IMG/VR virus record: IMGVR_UViG_3300034073_003542
Coordinates: 145,848 to 209,847 of that record
DNA: 64,000 nucleotides
Reading direction: 5' to 3' (one strand)
Shown in pieces: positions 1 to 11,883 of this stretch. The notes under the pieces were generated by a model that saw only the letters and a list, made by a program, of their open reading frames with translations, had not been told where the DNA came from and did no database searches. Within the stretch, counting starts at the first letter, position 1; the number at the start of each line of letters is the position of its first letter. Position numbers and translations under genes: made by a program.

Positions 1-303
1 ATCCCCCTCAACATTAATCATACATACAGACGCATCAATAGTATTATTGCGACAATATTGTGCGATTTCTTCTACAGAAAGATTCTTTAGTGTGTCTTTT
101 ACGTTGAATGAATTAAATGAGTCTGGTGACATGATTATGTATTGAGGTTTTCTAATATTTTTAGTTGCGATTTAATATTTTCTATTTCTTCTTCTGTCTT
201 TTTTATTTCTCTATATATTAGTTTATGTTCCTCGATTGTCTTGATAAAATCTGTATGAGAATAATCTCGTAACTCGATCAATTTATTTTCTAGATGTACG
301 AGT

Positions 304-669
304 TCATCCTTTTTCTTTTGAATTATTTGTTGCGGACTCATTATTGGGCCTCCAAAAGACCATTTCGTTTTTCTCATCATCCCACGCACACTCAAGCTCA
401 CCTTTTGCTGCCAAGCTTATTTGTGCTGAATTATGAATCCAAAGCACAGCTTCTTCAAATAGTTTTTGGTTTGTGTTCTCGTCAATTACTGGATTATCGT
501 TCACAAAATTAAGGGCATTACTATGGACTAGCTTTTTGACTTGATCAAGAGTTATATACTTATCAAGATCATCCATATAGTAATCTTCTGTAATAGCTTT
601 TGCTGCTTCTGTTCTAATGCGATTGCAATAACCAACAATGTCTGTAATTATGAATGATTTGTTTGACAT
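304..669 (-). CDS. hypothetical phage protein
   Basis: 121-aa ORF translationally coupled to neighbours. Confidence 0.6.
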   Translation of the reverse strand: MSNKSFIITDIVGYCNRIRTEAAKAITEDYYMDDLDKYITLDQVKKLVHSNALNFVNDNPVIDENTNQKLFEEAVLWIHNSAQISLAAKGELECAWDDEKNEMVFWRPNNESATNNSKEKG

Positions 670-1109
670 TATACAACTTCCTTAGTAACGGTTTCAACTG
701 GCTCACGACGCTTGAGTTTGAGAATCTTGTGCGGAACCTTAGTTACACCAGTCTCCTTATTATAGTATTCTGGCCCCATATAGATATGGGCGATTCCGCC
801 ACTCTTATCAATGCCCCACGCTAAAATTCCTTTATCGTCAATCGATTCAACAGAAAACTTGCCACGATAACCCATAGGAATGAGTTCACCTTCTTTTAGA
901 TAATACGGGCCTTGGGCTACCTTGATTTTATCGCCTTTCTGTAAAGATCGCCAATCAAAGTTCTTGATACCTTTATGAGTACGCTTTTCTTGGGCGGATA
1001 CGGTTGTATCTTTCTTACTAATAAAGACATGGTTACAGTTTGAACACACATAAGTTCTCGGCCCTGTTTCACCCAAACAATCCGGGCAGACCTTTTTGCC
1101 TCTCGCCAT
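669..1109 (-). CDS. hypothetical protein with N-terminal zinc ribbon
   Basis: CPDC...CSNC motif; GGAG RBS; promoter at 1146-1173. Confidence 0.65.
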   Translation of the reverse strand: MARGKKVCPDCLGETGPRTYVCSNCNHVFISKKDTTVSAQEKRTHKGIKNFDWRSLQKGDKIKVAQGPYYLKEGELIPMGYRGKFSVESIDDKGILAWGIDKSGGIAHIYMGPEYYNKETGVTKVPHKILKLKRREPVETVTKEVV

Positions 1110-1145
1110 GAAAATTCTCCAAAGTGTTATCGTTCTTATGCTGCT

Positions 1146-1173
1146 AGTATACCAGAAGAAGCTGGTGTGTCAA
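1146..1173 (-). promoter_or_regulatory. sigma70-like promoter TTGACA-N16-TATACT with extended -10 TG
   Basis: minus strand reads TTGACA caccagcttcttctgg TATACT. Confidence 0.75.
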
Positions 1174-2511
1174 CAGACTTAGGTAAACCGTCTACGATAG
1201 TCAAGTTTCCTGCTGAATAATGACAAAAATAACTTTGGGCAATTTTTCTCTTCATCAAACCTTCTTGCTCAATTTCAATATAGACATTAATACGATAACG
1301 ATTATCCCATAGATTAATAACCTTAGTCATATAGTGATGCTTAGGTTTTTTAACTTGCTTGTATAGAAGAGATTCAATTTCTAGACTCATGTTATACTCC
1401 GTTTCTATTCAAAAATTGTATCAGAATTGATAGTTAGAACAGTTTTGTCTCCAAGCCGAAATATATCTACACCTTTTTCTTCGCCCGTGTTGGCGTCGTG
1501 TAAGACTATTTCTTCTTGCCAATTAAATTCGCCCATTTTCTCCATATCATGAGCTTGATCGTACAGATAATTATAGAGGTCTAACCAGTTCAAAATATTC
1601 TCCTTTATTTAGTCTATTCTAATCATACTGCCTTTTAACCAACCGGACGTAACTGCTCCAGTAATAATTTGTCCAGATGGTGATTTTGCTCGGAAACCTG
1701 TAGAAAACGTATCTTCTTTTCCTGCCATAAATGGTCGCCAACCCGTAATTTCTATTTCGCTATATCCTTGCGATTCTAGAACCCGTGTTGCATCATCTGG
1801 TCTAATTAGTCCTTGTGGTAGTGCTATAGAAAAAAGTGTTACAAGTAAGATCACTCCAACTGATACAGCAATAATTTTTAGAACACCAGACATCATAGCT
1901 TTATTTTCATAATAAGCTCTGTTCAAAATACTTTCTCCTTATTCATATGACACTCTAAGCAATGTTGACAATGTTTACATATTGTGATTTCGACATTATT
2001 ATATTCCTCAAAATTACTACATATTTCAGGAATATTATCTGGATCAAACCAATCATCAATATCACAAATACATCCAGTAGGAATATATGACTCATCCATT
2101 AGAATAAGTTCAGATTTTGAAACTCTTTCCATACAATGAGGACAAACATGATATTGCTTTGGTGTCATTTTTGTATTGTACCAGCGATCTTGGTTTTGTC
2201 AAGTCGAGCAGGGTCGTTTGGCTGAAACTCCACATCTATTTCTGGTTGAGGTAATGTTGGAGCTATTGTCACATCTTCCTCATTAACATCAGCAACAGAG
2301 AATAATCTAATACGTTTTGGTTCTGGTTTGTTTAGTTTTTCATCCATCATTAATCTCCTCTATACTATAAACCTTAACGATATTATATATAAGCCCGCAA
2401 GTTCCCTCAAAAGCTAATTGTGCCTCTTTTTCTGTATTTGCATTAATTACGTCATTATAAAGAATTGTTTGTTTATATGGATCGGCCTTCTTATAAACTT
2501 GTGCTGTTACA

Positions 2512-3450
2512 TTAAACTGTTTCGACTGCATTATATTTTTCTCCATAATCTTTTAGGAATTGAGATATAGCCACGTTTTTTTGCTTGAACTCATAGTCTA
2601 TGGTTGCTGGTAACAAAAATAGCTCTTCGTGAAGCTCATAAACATAATCTGAATGAGCTTTGTCTGTAGGAGATGCTTTGCCATTACTAAAGTGCATAAC
2701 TGGCGTAATATCTCGCCATGTTTCATAACACATTACCATAGCAGTCTCAGGATCAATACCAACATTATTTAGTCGATGATGGTGAGAATCGTATGTTATG
2801 GGAATTTGTGTAGCAGGATGGAAAATCTCTACTAATTCTTGTACATTCCAACAATTAGGTTTGTCGTCAATTTCGATAGTAATGCGCGATTTACAATTAT
2901 CGTGCAATTGGTCAAAAGATTTGAGAAATCGCCCAATAATTTCTTCGTGGGAGCCTTGCTTGTTATTGATATGAAAGTTAATGGGCGAATTATGATTAGT
3001 TGGAAGTCCGATGCGGTCGAAAAACCAACTATAGAAATTTAGTTCTTGAATAGAGTTCTTGACGGCATTTTCATTAGTAGATGCTAATACCACATAAGGA
3101 CTCGGGTGGTTTGAAATTCTAACACTAGATTGCTCGATTGTTGATTTGATATTAGTAAATTCATTATCAATATCGTTATAATTAGGCAAATCTTCTAGCT
3201 TAACATTAGCTTCGTCCATTGTGATAAGGGGAAACAGAGAAGAAGAACAACGATAATCCCAACCTAATTGATCGCACGTTTGAATAATTTTGGTAGTTAC
3301 TTTGAGATTATTAAGAATTCGCCCACCTAATATTGCTAGGGCATCTTGTCTAGGTAAAGCTGAAAATCTAGAAAATGTCATTGTCTGGAACTCGTATCCA
3401 GATTTCTTTTTATCTGCCAAATAAATACAGCATAGAGAAGGTTTGTTCAT
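2512..3450 (-). CDS. uvsE: UV damage endonuclease (UvsE/UVDE)
   Basis: YRCSSSLFP, RISNHP..VVLAS, INFH, YDSHHH, HFS, HSDY motifs of the UVDE TIM barrel. Confidence 0.9.
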   Translation of the reverse strand: MNKPSLCCIYLADKKKSGYEFQTMTFSRFSALPRQDALAILGGRILNNLKVTTKIIQTCDQLGWDYRCSSSLFPLITMDEANVKLEDLPNYNDIDNEFTNIKSTIEQSSVRISNHPSPYVVLASTNENAVKNSIQELNFYSWFFDRIGLPTNHNSPINFHINNKQGSHEEIIGRFLKSFDQLHDNCKSRITIEIDDKPNCWNVQELVEIFHPATQIPITYDSHHHRLNNVGIDPETAMVMCYETWRDITPVMHFSNGKASPTDKAHSDYVYELHEELFLLPATIDYEFKQKNVAISQFLKDYGEKYNAVETV

Positions 3451-3480
3451 AACCCTATTATACCCTAGTCCGTGGATTTG

Positions 3481-4098
3481 TCAAGCTTCGGTTGCGTCTT
3501 GATATTCTGTGAGTAAGGCTTGTCTCATTTGTGGATTAATATTTATTGGATCAAAATAATAATTAACATCTTCAACAAATCTATCTGGCATCACTTCCAT
3601 GATTTTGGGTGTATAGATTGTATTTTTAGATTTTAGTCTTAGTTCTTTGGCGATATGGTACGACCACAAATAAGCATTTACCGCCCTAATATATTTTGGG
3701 CGATCAAAATCTTCGATTCCAAGTTGTTCAGCTAAATTAAGAACCCTTGATTCGCAATCATGTTCAAATCGGATTATTGTTTCGAGACTTTTTTGGAGTT
3801 GTTCTTCGCTGTATTCTTTATCTAAGTGCATGATCCAAGTAAATAAAAGATCATAGTCTGGTGTTTGTTCTTCCCACCCCTCTTTATTCTCTCGCCATTG
3901 TAGGTAATGACAATATTCATGAATAAAAATTTCGAAGCTTAATTTGTGTTTCATAGCGACAACAAGCTCCATTTTATCTCCAGCTTCAAACCATCCTCCA
4001 TATCCTCCTGCCAGTTGTTCTTTGTTGTGAAGAAAAACAGAGATATTGTCTCCAAGAAGTTCTTGGATAGCTTTTGCTAAGAATTCAGATTTGGTCAT
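3481..4098 (-). CDS. putative zinc metallopeptidase-like protein
   Basis: HEYCH (HExxH) motif with downstream E.DCE. Confidence 0.5.
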   Translation of the reverse strand: MTKSEFLAKAIQELLGDNISVFLHNKEQLAGGYGGWFEAGDKMELVVAMKHKLSFEIFIHEYCHYLQWRENKEGWEEQTPDYDLLFTWIMHLDKEYSEEQLQKSLETIIRFEHDCESRVLNLAEQLGIEDFDRPKYIRAVNAYLWSYHIAKELRLKSKNTIYTPKIMEVMPDRFVEDVNYYFDPININPQMRQALLTEYQDATEA

Positions 4099-4464
4099 TT
4101 TCGCTTGTTCCTTGTGCTAACCCACATAAATACGCTAGTTTCATCAATTCTTTTGGAGAAGTATTAGCTAGATCTATCTTGTTTTGAATAAATGGTTTAT
4201 TGAACCACTTTTCGAATTTCCACTCTCTTACTTTATCGTGCGTTATACAATATTTGTAGTTTAGTAGAAATACTCCAGAATGATATTCATTCGTTATTGT
4301 CACATGAAAATTAATATCATTATCAGTATTGATAATTTTACTAACATAACCTAAATGTACATAATTTCTCTCTGGAGTATGATGATCTAGAGGCATCATA
4401 TCCCACTCTTCTCCAACATATAAAGAATCTCCCGGTTGTACTTTTTGTGCTTCTTCTAGTGTCA

Positions 4465-5124
4465 TTAGATAATCCACTCCTGTTCTAGTCCGCCCAAAGC
4501 TTCACTCACTATCGGTAATTGTTCGCAGAATATCTTCTTACATCCTTTTGCTATCTCTTGATGTTCTTTTTGAGTGCCGTTCTTTTCTCTTAAAGCTATA
4601 TAGGTAATCCATGAACGAATTGTTCCATTGGCATATAGTCGCGTTGGAGTACAAAGAGGTAATACATTTCTAGCACACTCTTTAGCAACTCCGTCTTGTA
4701 ACATACCTTCATAAATAGCTTGAGATTTAGCTATATTTTCTCTTAGCTTCATATTCCACTTAAAAACAATTTCTTGATCTAAGTCATTAGTGCTGTTTTG
4801 TCTATTTTTTGTGTCTTGTTTACGAAGCTCAAATAGTGGAATTTCTTCTGCTAACAATTTTGTATTCGAATATCTTTGAGAAAATTCCTGAAATGAAAAA
4901 CTTCTATGTCTCAATATTTGTGCAGCAATAGCTCTAGTGGTATTCAGCTCTAGTATTAGGTTAGCCATTTCAAATATAGACCAGTGTTTCTTCTTTATGC
5001 AATATCTAATAAGTTTTGCTATATCGTCTGAATCTTGATTTTCTGGATTTGATACTCTCGCACAATAAGCTATTAAACTCTCTGCTTCTGGAGTTATTGC
5101 TACTAATTTTACTTTATCTGACAT
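4465..5124 (-). CDS. thyX: flavin-dependent thymidylate synthase
   Basis: HWSIFE, RHRSFSFQEFSQRY signature, KECAR; likely start MSDKVKLV at 5124 rather than 5205. Confidence 0.95.
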   Translation of the reverse strand: MSDKVKLVAITPEAESLIAYCARVSNPENQDSDDIAKLIRYCIKKKHWSIFEMANLILELNTTRAIAAQILRHRSFSFQEFSQRYSNTKLLAEEIPLFELRKQDTKNRQNSTNDLDQEIVFKWNMKLRENIAKSQAIYEGMLQDGVAKECARNVLPLCTPTRLYANGTIRSWITYIALREKNGTQKEHQEIAKGCKKIFCEQLPIVSEALGGLEQEWII

Positions 5125-6006
5125 ATTATTTTTCTCCATATTGTTTATTTGTGTAAGATATATCAAATTCATCAATACTACACATTTCTTCGTCCCAATT
5201 TCCATTACGCAAACCTAATCCTAGAAATGATTCTCCATCTCCATACAACATTGATCCACTTTTCCATGTTTTATCAAAATACTCTTGAGTTATCCTTATT
5301 GGTTTGTCTCTATTTATGTATGCTGTGGCATCAAATACTTCGGTTCCTTTGTCAAACCATTCTCCTTTAGATATAAATACCATATATTTTTTGGATGGTT
5401 TCCAAAACTTTGTGATTTGATTCCAAATTGGTCTAAATATATATGCACCAATAACGCTTGCCGCCCCACTAATCAAACCGTTAGTTACTGGAACTAAAAT
5501 TGGGGCGCAAGTATATTGGATTTCTTTTTCTTCTGATTTATCGGTCATCTTTTTCCCATCCATCACAATGCCCCCATTTGTCAATTAGTAATCTTTCTGG
5601 TAAGCCTTCTGGTGGTGGTTCTCTACCGCACCACATTTCGTCATGAAATGAATCATACTGACGGTATTTACAGTACATACATGGTTGTTCTGCATTTGGT
5701 TCAGAATACCATAAAAAATTATTTTCAGTCATTATTAATATATTCCGTTGTCATAATCTATTTCGCCCTTATCTATTCGTTCTTTATATTCTTTTTGGTA
5801 TTGAACCCACTTATAGTCTGTCATATGATTATACATTTGTAAATAAGCCTCACGAAGATTAGTGTGGCTATCAGTAACAAGAGGATCAGTCCCAGGCTTT
5901 GTCCATCTATAAATACTTGGCTCAGTATCTTTTCCTTTAATCTTTTCAAAAGAGTACCCAAATTTTTGACACCAGTTTTTAACTTCTTTTTGTGTAAGTG
6001 GCATAA

Positions 6007-6603
6007 TTATTTGTTTAGTTTATCTTTCTTATATACTTTTAATATATCAACTACATACGACCTAAATTGAATCCAACCCTCTCCAGTATAAGGATAATAT
6101 GATTCTATTCCACTAAGATAACTAATCGCAACATCTATATTTTTATGAACTATTCGCCCAAAAACAAAATTAATTAACGAATTTACTGGTGGATTTCCCC
6201 CAAAATCTTTAACGGTATCTATACCAAGATAAGATTCTGCTAAACATCGCCCACAGCTATTATAGTGATACTCACAATCTCCGCAATGAGGATTTTGTAG
6301 GTCTTCGATTAGATCTTTTATCTCTTCTTCGTTATATTCTATCTTATCAAATTTTTTCCATAAATTATCGATATTGTCTATTAGATATTTATTGGGCGAT
6401 TTACGAATGCGCGAATAGTTTTCTTCTATCCATTCATTTTCGTGTTGAGTTGTTCTAGTGGTGGCTTGATCGACATTATATTGGATATCAAAAAGATTGT
6501 TACATAATTTGTCTAATTTCACCCTATAAAACAATAGCTTCTTTTCTGTGTCGTTTAGAAAAACTTTTGTTTCAAGAGGATTTTGGGCGTATTGTATAAT
6601 CAT
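6007..6603 (-). CDS. hypothetical protein with Cys/His cluster
   Basis: HCGDC...SCGRC motif. Confidence 0.55.
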   Translation of the reverse strand: MIIQYAQNPLETKVFLNDTEKKLLFYRVKLDKLCNNLFDIQYNVDQATTRTTQHENEWIEENYSRIRKSPNKYLIDNIDNLWKKFDKIEYNEEEIKDLIEDLQNPHCGDCEYHYNSCGRCLAESYLGIDTVKDFGGNPPVNSLINFVFGRIVHKNIDVAISYLSGIESYYPYTGEGWIQFRSYVVDILKVYKKDKLNK

Positions 6604-6609
6604 ACTGTT

Positions 6610-7179
6610 TTAGACACTCATTTCGCCCGTTCTTGTTTCCATCACAGCTTTAATTTCATCGAAACTCCACGGCTCACCAAAGATTTTACCATAGTTTACA
6701 CAATTGTCAACTCCAACATCTAGAGTTTTTCTTTTAAGGATTCTATCTTCCCTATCTAGATTTCCATGAACATGACCAAAAAGATGCCAACTTCCATGAA
6801 AACTCTTTGCCCAGCTACGCATTGGGTAGTGCATCATAAATATCCATTGTCCTCGATGATTAATCTCTATATACTTATCAACTAGTTTTACTTTGCCGTA
6901 AGTCTTTTGTAGTTCATAAAGATCTTTTGCTCGGTCATGGTTCCCAATTGAAATATAGATATTATTACAGTTAAGAGTCTTAAGGTAATCTCTAACTGGA
7001 CTTCCTCTATAGCTCACATCGCCCAAAAGGTAGAGATGATCATTTTGTTTGACTACTTTATTTATTTGATCAGTCATGAATTGATTCATATCGTGTATAT
7101 TGTCAAATCCACGATTACAATGTCTATTGATATTTCCGTGGCCCCAATGCTGATCCGAACTTATATATATATCGCCCAT
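6610..7179 (-). CDS. calcineurin-like metallophosphoesterase
   Basis: SDQHWGH, LGD, GNHD, HYP, GHVH motifs. Confidence 0.9.
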   Translation of the reverse strand: MGDIYISSDQHWGHGNINRHCNRGFDNIHDMNQFMTDQINKVVKQNDHLYLLGDVSYRGSPVRDYLKTLNCNNIYISIGNHDRAKDLYELQKTYGKVKLVDKYIEINHRGQWIFMMHYPMRSWAKSFHGSWHLFGHVHGNLDREDRILKRKTLDVGVDNCVNYGKIFGEPWSFDEIKAVMETRTGEMSV

Positions 7180-7646
7180 TATCTTGCCCTCGGAGGCATA
7201 TCTCCTGTTCTTTGAATTTTATCAAGACGATCTTCTACTATATCAAGCCTATCTCTCATTTTTAGAAGTTGTTCAGTATCCTTACAGCTTTCTTTGGTAA
7301 AATAAAGCACATGCTCTACAAAACAATTAGTTTCATATTTATTGAGTTCTGCACGAACAATAGCTACTATAGAAAGCAATATAGCGCCAACAGAAACAAT
7401 CCATACGGAATAAGACTTCATAATATATTTCTCCTTTATTTATCTGTTCTAATATTTTTTACGCTATCTACTAATTCATCATTGATATAAACATCTATAT
7501 AACAATCGCAGTTTGTGCCTTCTTCATACGTTTCTACATCAATTCCGCTCTGTAGTCTAGCATTATATTTATTTAAGAGCGACTTTAATTCTTGATAAAA
7601 CGGTCCTGTTTTTTCATCAATCCACATAATATACCTCGATTAAAAA

Positions 7647-7838
7647 TATTGATGGACGTTTTGCGTGAGCTTTTCAGGCTCCACCAGAAGTGCCTGCTAG
7701 TTGTTGTAGCGTTACACACCCAAGTATACCCCTGATTAACAACCGTATACTTGCTCTATCTCTGTCGCAATTAGTCTCCCGAAGGTCAGAATACGTCTGA
7801 TCATGGCGGAATCTGCCGCCCCATCCCGTCCATCAATA
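7647..7838 (-). ncRNA. candidate ~190-nt structured ncRNA
   Basis: perfect 12-bp terminal helix TATTGATGGACG/CGTCCATCAATA, internal hairpins, promoter ending just upstream of its 5' end, no ORF. Confidence 0.6.
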
Positions 7839-7845
7839 CATACTT

Positions 7846-7873
7846 ATTATAGCACAGGGATGGGGTTTGTCAA
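7846..7873 (-). promoter_or_regulatory. promoter TTGACA-N16-TATAAT
   Basis: perfect hexamers, 16-nt spacer. Confidence 0.8.
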
Positions 7874-9481
7874 GTGAGCAGATTGACACAATTTTAGTAT
7901 CTCCATCCAGTTGTTTCACCAAAAGCATTATAAGAATTATCTCTATAAAGAGCTATTGACACTTTACCTTTTTCTCTCGCCTTATTCATTTCTCGCTCTA
8001 CTATTTTTCTGTATTTTGGTTGAAGTCTATATTGATCTGAAATATTATCGAAATAACACTCAACAAATTGGGCTAAAACTTCCGGTGGCCCCTGAATCCT
8101 CACCATAAATCCTTCTTCATCTAATTCAATATGAAGTTGATCTAATTTATCAAATTCACCTACAACCCAATCGTCCGCAGCGAGTAGTATACCACAACTC
8201 AAAATAAGTGTCAATAAGGCGCGCATTTATCTTTTTGTTTTGTAGTTTTTAAGTTTCTTTCCATTCAATTTCGTGCTATCTAATTTTGATTCTAATTGAT
8301 CTAATTCTTTAAGGGCTTCACCCAATTGTTTGTGAAGTTTTCTAATTTCTTTTACTCTGAGTTTGTGAGTGGCATCTTCTTGCCAAATATTGTAAATGTT
8401 GGACTTTACTTCTAGTTCGCCAGAACCATCCTCAAAAATATTCCCCTTAATCTGCTTACCCTCAAAATCAACCCTATAAGCAATCTTATCAGAAGGTGGC
8501 TCTGATATATAGACCTTAATCATTTATTTCTCCTTATCATATATTTCCTGTAACTTCTTTCCAAATTCTCCAAGAACAATAAGTTCTCCCAGCGTATCTG
8601 TAATATAATCATGAACCTCGTCATAAATTATATCTATAAATTCTTGTCTAAGTTTAGGTTGTGCGTTGAATAGGTCTAATACTTTTTTCTTATCTTGTCT
8701 CCATAGAAGATGTTCTACTAATTCAGATATAAGGAAATGAAACTTGAACTCAAATCCGTCTGTTTTTTTATTCATTTTTATCCTTCTTAAACCCATCATT
8801 TATCATTAGTGGTCCCGTATGAAACACAGACAGCTTTTCATTATATAGAGGTAAATGAACTCCTACAACCCTATTTGTCTCTTGACATCTAAGTAAACAA
8901 ATATCTGCCCCTTCACCCTTAATCCACTCTCCATAATGAGAAACAGTTGGATCAACTATTAATTCTACGGAATGACCATCCATATCGACATAAATAGACA
9001 TTGATGGCTCATAGTTCTTAGCTTCTTCAATCAGTTTTGACATCATATAATTAAATCTGTCTACGTCATATTTTTGTCTCTCTTTAAAATCTTCATCATT
9101 TTGATCGGTCATTTTCTGGTTCCTTCTCTATTGTTAGAACATTAAGTGGGCCAGACAAATACCAGAATCCTCCCGATCCTTTTGTAGCAAGCCATTCTTT
9201 GCCCTCAATTACAACGATAGTATATTTTATATCACTGTTTGGGTTATGTACTTTAGTAATACCTCTTTCACAACCACAAAATATCAATAATAGCATCAAT
9301 ATTAGAGAATATTTCATTTTTCGTCCTTCTTTTTCTTTTTCTTCTTTTCGCTTCCTTGTTTTAGTTCTGCATACTTCTTGACGTTTTTCTCAAGACGTTT
9401 TATATATTCTTCTTGTTCTTCGGCTTTTTTACAAACTTTTTTAATTCGCTTTTTTGTCCAGTAGTCCCAAAATCCCATGTC

Positions 9482-10042
9482 TCAAAATGGCGACAGCCTA
9501 TCCTCCTTGGTATTATCTGATAGTAATTTTAGATTTTCATATTTAGTAATAATTTCAGAAAGCTCATTAACTAAATCTGGATCTGAATTTCGTAAAGCTC
9601 CTAGTAACAGTTTTGTTTCTTCAAAATATAATTTTGCAAATGATTCATTCCAAGGAATATCGAGACAGTTATCAATACGATCTATAAGTTTGATTGAGCG
9701 ACATTCTCGCGGAATTAAAGCTAGATGTTCTCTGTCCATCCTTTTTCTTTGTTCTCTATTATATTCTGGATGTTTTTTGGATACATTTGTCAAGCACGAA
9801 ACGTAATGACCTACTGTGCTTCCAAAAATATAATCTATTTCATTTTGAGTAACTCCACAATCTTCTATAACGTCATGTAAATATGCCGCACACACAAGTT
9901 CCTCTGTGCTATAGTAAAGCATCATGGTCTTGGAGGCAACCCTCATTGGATGAAAGATATATGGATCGCCCGAATATTTACGAGTTTGATTTTTATGGGC
10001 TTCTCTAGCAAAATGGGCGGCTTGAATTATTCGGTTTTGCAT
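9482..10042 (-). CDS. HD-domain (p)ppGpp hydrolase-like protein (SpoT/Mesh1 small alarmone hydrolase)
   Basis: AH..QTRK..G.PYI.HP, AAYLHDVIED, IKLIDRIDN motifs. Confidence 0.85.
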   Translation of the reverse strand: MQNRIIQAAHFAREAHKNQTRKYSGDPYIFHPMRVASKTMMLYYSTEELVCAAYLHDVIEDCGVTQNEIDYIFGSTVGHYVSCLTNVSKKHPEYNREQRKRMDREHLALIPRECRSIKLIDRIDNCLDIPWNESFAKLYFEETKLLLGALRNSDPDLVNELSEIITKYENLKLLSDNTKEDRLSPF

Positions 10043-10620
10043 TTTTTAAGTTCCTGTTCTAGTTTTACGATATACTCTTGAAATTTTGCTAGTTTTGATC
10101 GGGTTTCTTCTAGTCTTTTCCATATTGATTGTACGCGAATATCTTCGTGATTTTGGGCAAATTCACGCATTTCTGTAATGCCAAATTTCATGTTTAAGTA
10201 TGATCTTGTTTCCATTTTTTAATTGCTGTTACAGCCTCCAACAAATAATACATACGTTCATCATCATCAAACATTCCATCTCCATTTGGTGCTGCACTAT
10301 AAATAGTTTCGCCACCACAATGAGGAACATCTACTGTAAAACGCCCATGTCTGAGTCGTAAATATCCAACCAGTTTTCCTCGACCATCAAACGCATCGTA
10401 TTGTTCAGGACAAGCAAAGCAAGTTAGTATAAGTTTTAGTCCGTCAATAATTATTTCGTTCATATTTTTACTTTTCTAATACAAAGTATGTTATCAATAT
10501 CAATATCGTTGAATATATCTGAATTACATTCTATAATATCAATAACTTCTCTAATACTATCGGCATATAATTCTTGAACTTTTATTGTTGTTCCATAGTA
10601 ATATAATATTTCAAATAATA

Positions 10621-11016
10621 TCATAACAACTTTAGATGTCCGCACAATTTATCTAATTCCTCAGAAAGATACGGCCCAAAAGCCGCACAAGTATTTGTGG
10701 GAACTCCATGAAATTCTGTAGCTCCATTATCTGTAATTAGGTGTGTTTCAATTCCTAACTCTTTTCCCTTTTCTACAAGTGCTAGTAATTCTTCTTCGGA
10801 GTCTACTGAGACACAAATTTTGGTGAAACTATTTTCGAGCCAGTGTTTTTCAACTTCTGTTAGAAGAGTAGTATATTCATACAAAAGTCCACACTCTAAA
10901 GCTTGTTGCATACGTCTAGTTATAAAAGACATTGAGGCGTGAGAAACTTGTGCTGCGATTTTTCCTTTGCGCATATTGAGCTTTTTATTTACGACAATAA
11001 CTTGTTTAGTGTTCAT
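10621..11016 (-). CDS. pth2: peptidyl-tRNA hydrolase type 2
   Basis: KQVIVV...MRKGKIAAQVSHAS, TKIC, ITDNGATEF...T motifs. Confidence 0.9.
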   Translation of the reverse strand: MNTKQVIVVNKKLNMRKGKIAAQVSHASMSFITRRMQQALECGLLYEYTTLLTEVEKHWLENSFTKICVSVDSEEELLALVEKGKELGIETHLITDNGATEFHGVPTNTCAAFGPYLSEELDKLCGHLKLL

Positions 11017-11227
11017 TTAATCAATCCGTTAAGTTCTCTAAGATGTTCACACGTTAATTTCCATTCTTCCCCATTTTGGGGAGGATATCTTTCTTTCAAA
11101 TACGCAATATATCTATCCCATGCCGCTTCTATCTTTGTTAAAATATCGGCAGCTTCGTCAATCTCTCCGTCATGACAATAATCATAGTTCATTAATCTAC
11201 TAACTAGATTTTTGGTCTTTGACATGA

Positions 11228-11548
11228 CTATACCTCTCTCCAATACTTTACAACCTTTTCGGCCTGCTGAACTTCAACAAAACCCAAATAGTTATCAAAG
11301 CGTGTAGTTTCATAGGAAGAATACCAACCATCCAATTTGAAGTATTTGGTTTCTCCATTCTTTTTTGCTGAAAAAATTACCCAATAATCTGATCCTTCAT
11401 AAGAAGTAGAACTTGCTTCAATAAAATCAAGGGTAAATCCGTGGATAATTGCGGATCGCTTATTTCCGTTATCAATAAGTGTCTTAAATCTAAGAAAATC
11501 GTTATGATTTTGCTTACCGCTAAGTGCTGCTTTTAGCTCATTGATCAT
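11228..11548 (-). CDS. hypothetical protein, paralog of 11548-11883
   Basis: shared YWV.FSA.K.G.T.YFKL.GWY.SYE motif. Confidence 0.65.
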   Translation of the reverse strand: MINELKAALSGKQNHNDFLRFKTLIDNGNKRSAIIHGFTLDFIEASSTSYEGSDYWVIFSAKKNGETKYFKLDGWYSSYETTRFDNYLGFVEVQQAEKVVKYWREV

Positions 11549-11883
11549 TATACATCCTTCCAATAGTCAATCATTTTTTGAGCCTTTTCTACTTCATTAA
11601 ACGCAAAATAATCATCGAAAGTTGAACCTTCATAAGAAGCATACCAACCTTCTAGCTTAAAGTATCGTGTTTGACCATCCTTAGTGGCTGAAAATACTAC
11701 CCAATATTCAGATCCCATATCTTCGCCGCCATATCCGTCCTCATGCTTGAGAGTAAAATCACCGAAAGTCTCTTCGCCGTAACCATCATTGATAAAATCT
11801 TGAAAATTATCGTAGTTTTCATCCTTTTCGAGCGTATTTTTCAATTCTTCCAACATTATAAGCCTCCTTAAAATCTTTGACAA
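11548..11883 (-). CDS. hypothetical protein, paralog of 11228-11548
   Basis: shared YWVVFSATKDGQTRYFKLEGWYASYE motif. Confidence 0.65.
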   Translation of the reverse strand: MSKILRRLIMLEELKNTLEKDENYDNFQDFINDGYGEETFGDFTLKHEDGYGGEDMGSEYWVVFSATKDGQTRYFKLEGWYASYEGSTFDDYFAFNEVEKAQKMIDYWKDV

